Assembly: GCF_009914755.1 (NCBI RefSeq) | Contig: NC_060947.1 | From: the human T2T-CHM13v2.0 reference genome, Homo sapiens | Direction: 5' to 3' (one strand) | DNA length: 64,000 nt | In this document: piece after piece, positions 59,424 to 64,000 of the stretch | How the letters are laid out: each line of letters begins with the position of its first letter | How positions within the stretch are numbered: the stretch's first letter is position 1 | Notes under the pieces: generated by a model | Databases searched by the model: none | Told to the model about the DNA's origin: nothing | Seen by the model: the letters and a program-made list of their open reading frames with translations, nothing else | Made by a program: the position numbers and the translations under genes

Positions 59424-61492
59424 GCTTCAAATTTCAAGGAACAAGAAAGCTACCATAGCAAAATGTCTTATTCCCATCTAAATTTTCCTTGGCTCATCCA
59501 GACACAGTACTGATAAATAAATAAAAATTGTTCTCTTCATTCCTCTGATCCAAGGATGGAATAATAAGAATTGTACTCTGTGGAATTTTTAAGAACCTAG
59601 AACAATAACCACCCTACATTAACCGAGAGACATTTTACACCATAGAACTGAATGTACGTCACATTATACTTTTGCAGGCTAAGAAGACAGCATCAGAGTT
59701 AATGTCTGTTAGTTAAGATTCAGTATGTAACTGGATATACTTATATGATAACTATAAACATATATATTAACATAAATTTATCATAACCATATATATTCAA
59801 TAAGCATAGATGAATCCTACAATCTTTTAAATATTCAGGTTTTATAATTTCACAAAACCTTACTTGATATTCCAACTCACAATTCTTATTGTGCATAGAT
59901 GAGGATTTTCAAACATTTTTGTGCTCACTGTTATCAGTGAAAACATTTTTTAACATATACATCAATATATAAAAATATATGATATAGACATATTCTATGG
60001 TAAATCATGTCATATCCAAAAATAAGACATAAAAGGAAAGATTAATTTATTTCAAAATTTATGTTTTTGTATTAAAAAATCTTGCTGCACAGAAATATTA
60101 GTAATTGGAAGAATAGATAAATAAAACAAAACCCAACAGTATGTGGCTTACAAGAGACTTAATTATAAGAGCACAGAAAGATGTAAAGATTAATGATTTA
60201 AATGAAAAGGATGTACTATGCAAACACAAATCAACATAAGGACAGTGCAGTTGCAGTCAGTCCATTAAGAAAATATGGCAATTATAAATTGTATATACCT
60301 AATAAAATAGTTTCAAGGTTTACAAGCAAAAAGGAACAGAACTATTTCATCTCAATAGGCTAAGCGGTAATCACATTGTTTACATTTGATATATATATAC
60401 ATATATACACATATATATGTATGTAAAATATACTACAAATAACAATAACAGAAAATACTTCAATTTCAAGTGTACATGTATGCTTCACCAGAACTGACCA
60501 TATCTTTAGACCATTAAGCATGTCTTAACAAATTTAAAAGCTTGAAATCATAATGAACATGTTGTCTGGCCATAATAGAATGAGAAAGATGACTAGAAAA
60601 CATATAATTACTTTAAAATAAAGCCACACATCTCTAAGTAAGCTATGGATAAAAGAAGAAATCTCAGTGGAAATCAGAAAATGCTTCAGAATGAATGAAA
60701 TGGAAATAGCAACATTCAAATCTGTGAAATGCAGCAAAAGCCATGCTTGAGGGAAAATTAATAACCTTAACTATATTCATTAAATAAAAGGAAATGCTGT
60801 AAAATTAATGATTTAAGCATCTAGCTCAATAATTTAGAAAATAAACAGAAAATGAAACCTGAAAGGAAGACGAAAATAAAAATCAGAAGAGACATTAATG
60901 AAACCTAAAATGACATTATGATAGAGAAAATAAACATGTACAACTATTTTTAGAGAAGACTAATACTATAATTAATCCCTAGTAAGACTGATCCATAAAA
61001 AAGATAAAACACAGATGTCAAAAATGAAAACGGGAACATAACTATAGAACCTACAGATATTTCAAAAGTAATGTGAGAATATTATTAACACTCTTGTGCC
61101 AATGTATTTTAAAATTCAGATGAAATATGATGTTCTCTTCAAAACTGTATTCAGTAAAACCAACATAAGAAGAAAAAGAAAATCTGGGGAGTAATACATT
61201 TATTAAAGTAATTGAATCTGTAATAAAAACCTTACTACAGAAAAATCAAGACTGAAGTGGCAACAGCAATGAGTTTTTCCAACTACTTAAGAAATAATTA
61301 ACAACAATTTTACATAAACTCTTCCAAGAAATAGAAAAAGAAACTTTCCAACTCCATTTGAAAGACCATCAAAACCTGTATATCAAAACCAGAAAATGAC
61401 ATTATAAAAAACAAAAATACCAGACCACTCTCTCTCATAAATATAGATGCAAAAATCCCCAAACAAATTATTAGTATATTAAATACCGTAAT

Positions 61493-62047
61493 TGTGTTAC
61501 TTTTCTATTGCTCTAACAAATTATCACACTTAGAGACTTAAAACTACATACATTTATTTTCTATCAGTTTCTGTGGACCAGGAATCTAGACATGGCTAAA
61601 CTGGCTCCTCTGCAAAGCCAAAATCAGTGTGTTGGCCAGGGCTGCAGTCTCTTCTGGAGACTCAACTGGTGGCAGATTCACATCCAAACTTATTCAGATC
61701 ATTGGAAGCATTTATTTTCTTGCAGTTGTAAGATTGAGGGTTCTAGCTTTTTGCTGGCTGTTGGCCAGAGGCACTCTCAGCTCTTAGAAGCTACCTGGTC
61801 TCCCACATAGTCTCTCTTACAACACTGAAACTTGCTTCTTCAAAGATGACAAATCAGAAAGTTAGTTGACTAGCAAGACAGAAACTTATAATTACAGGAG
61901 TAACATTCAATCACCTTTGCCATATTCTATTGTTTAGAATCAAATAATCTATCCTGCCAAAACTAAAGAGGAAGGGATTGACTATATAATGGTATGAACA
62001 CTAGGAGGTGGGTATCATGAGGACCACATTACAGTTTATGTGACACA
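61493..62047 (-). mobile_element. MLT1 (E/F/G-like) LTR
   Basis: 'tgtgttacttttctattgctctaacaaattatcacacttag' to 'tttatgtgacaca'. TSD gtaat/gtaac. Confidence 0.8.
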
Positions 62048-62374
62048 GTAACATGAAATAATTATAAATTATGACAATATTCAGTTTAAGAAATGCAAGA
62101 TTGGTTTGTATTTGAAAGTAAATCCAATGTAATTGGTTTCATGAGATAAATCATATAAACATCTCAATATATGGCAAAAAATCTGATGAAATTTGTCACC
62201 CTTCCATGATTTTTTAAAACACCTTTAAGAAAGCTAGTAAAAGAAGGAAACTTTAATCTTAAAAAAGTCTACAAAACAAACAAATCAAACTACAAAAGTT
62301 ATTACAATTAGCAGTAAAATATTTAGACTTTCTTTTCCGAGATAAAAAGACAAGAATGCCTGCTATCACCATTT

Positions 62375-62856
62375 CACTCGTGATCTCATTCTGTATTAAA
62401 AATTACCACAAAACTTAGCCAGTTAAAACAGCAAACATTTATCATCTCACTGTTTCTGTGGGTCAGGAACCTATGAACACCTTAGTTGGGTGGTTCTGGC
62501 TCAGTACGCCTCATGAGGTTGCAATTGAGCTGTCAGTGAAGTCTGCTGTCATCTGAAGCTTCAACTGAGACTGGAGTATTCATTCCCAAATTCACTTGGG
62601 TGGTTGTTGGCTGTCTAGTCCTGAGTCTCCTCAGGACTTGGCAAGTGGCCCCGTTCAGAGCATGTGATCGAAGAAAAAAAAGAGGGCCCAAGATGAAAGC
62701 TGCACTTTTCTATAAATCTCCAAGTGGATGTCATAACATACTGTATTCTATTGGTCACACAGCCAAACCCTGATACCATGTGGGAAAGGAGTATGCAAGG
62801 GTCCAGGAGAAAGGGAGGCATGCAGAACCATTTTGGAGGCTGGTTACTAGAAACAC
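62375..62856 (-). mobile_element. MLT1 (F/G/H-like) LTR
   Basis: 'aattaccacaaaacttagccagttaaaacagcaaacatttatcatctcactgtttctgtgggtcaggaa...ttctattggtcacacagccaaaccctgatac'. Confidence 0.8.
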
Positions 62857-63184
62857 TGTTCTGGAGTCCTAGCCAGTGCAATAAGGAATGAAAAAATAAA
62901 CAGTTATATAGATTATATTTATGATAATATAGTCAAAACCATGACTGCCACTAACAAAATAGATTGTGTTCAAAAACCATGAGGGAGCATTTTGGAGGTG
63001 ATGGAAATGTTCCAGAACTTGATTTAAGAGTTGATTATCCAGGTGTATACATTTGTCAAAACTTACCAAGTGTACAATTGAGAACTATATATTTTACTGT
63101 TTGCAAACAATACTTTAATAAAATAAAATGCTTACAATGGAATAAGCATTTGTTTGTTTTGCAAATTCTTACCTTTACCTTATA

Positions 63185-64000
63185 AAGTGGATTGATTTTA
63201 CATCATTTTTTCAGTTTCTAAAAAATTTGTATATTATCTGTTTTATGGAAATTGATGAAACTTGGTATAAAACCACCTTGACATGGTATTTGCTCGAGGA
63301 GATATTTGAGAACCAATTTAATTTCATCAATATTTCTTTATTCCAGTTCTGTGAAATACCTATCCATGCCTCACACAATTTTTATGATTTGCTATAAACC
63401 CATTACATCTACATTTTTGAATTTATTGGTGTTAGTTTAACGTTCTCAAGAATTTGAAAGATCTCTGCACTACATATAGTCATGTTACCTTTTTCTTGCT
63501 CAAAATATTTTGCATTTGTGAAACCTTTACTTGCTGTCAGTATTGGAAGACACTTGTATACTCTACTGTTATTTGTTTTATTGATTAATGCTATTGCTTT
63601 TTACTGTATCACTAATTTCTGTCCTTAACATTTCTTCCCTTTATTTTGGGGAGGTTTATTCTCATGCTTTACTAGCCTCAAGTTAAACACTCATCTCTTT
63701 TCTTTTAATAACATATTGCTCGTAATTAATATATTCAATGATATATATTTTTCTAAGAAATATTTTGCATCATCCCACAACATTAATAAATTGTATTTCA
63801 GTCGTAACTCAGTTCTAAATACTTAATGATTTCCTTTTTTAACACTTGAATTAATTAGGTGTGAGATTCAAATATATATACGTATATATTTTAATATATA
63901 CGTATATATATTAGACTATATATTTGTTTTCTTATTTATAATTACATTTTTATGGTAAGAGAATAATTTACAAAAATTGGTTCTTTGGAAATCAAGAGCA
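63185..64000 (-). mobile_element. Very old L1ME fragment
   Basis: T-rich, reverse L1 ORF2-like ('taaaccacc...ggtattt', 'catcatcccacaa', 'tcagttctaaata', 'ctttggaaat'). Confidence 0.55.

Larger units (their letters stand above)
60085..63125 (+). mobile_element. Ancient L1ME ORF2 and 3' fragments, split by two MLT1 LTRs
   Basis: ORF2-like 'atatagatgcaaaaatcc', 'gacaagaatgcctgctatcacca'; 3' end-like 'ttttggaggtgatggaaatgttc...tatacatttgtcaaaactt'. Confidence 0.75.

Noticed and set aside
63871-63912. Duplicated palindrome atatatacgtatatat
   Set aside because: An interrupted (TA)n microsatellite, which is self-complementary by composition.

Overview
This is AT-rich primate (human-like) genomic DNA with no recognisable host protein-coding exon, RNA gene or CRISPR. 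By eye most of the window (roughly 80-90%) is interspersed repeat. It holds many LINE-1 copies of different ages, including a TSD-bounded, essentially full-length L1MA-type element and a twin-primed 5'-inverted L1PA15/16. It also holds five full Alus plus two fragments, L2/MIR relics, many MaLR LTRs, solo LTR12 (ERV9) and MER11 (HERV-K11) LTRs, and three two-LTR proviruses (MLT1A-type, THE1, MER52). The recognisable ORFs in the supplied track are decayed L1 ORF2, gag or THE1 fragments, or reads through Alus and LTRs. I do not see a new biological system. The best observations are mechanistic: a five-deep nested insertion in which an Alu re-used the endonuclease site of an L1, a twin-priming inversion inside a homologous L1, a tiny inverted L1 3'UTR patch, a promoter-deleted LTR12, and a non-autonomous MER52 provirus with gag/pro and env-tail remnants. 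Subfamily names come from remembered consensus sequences and need RepeatMasker/Dfam confirmation.
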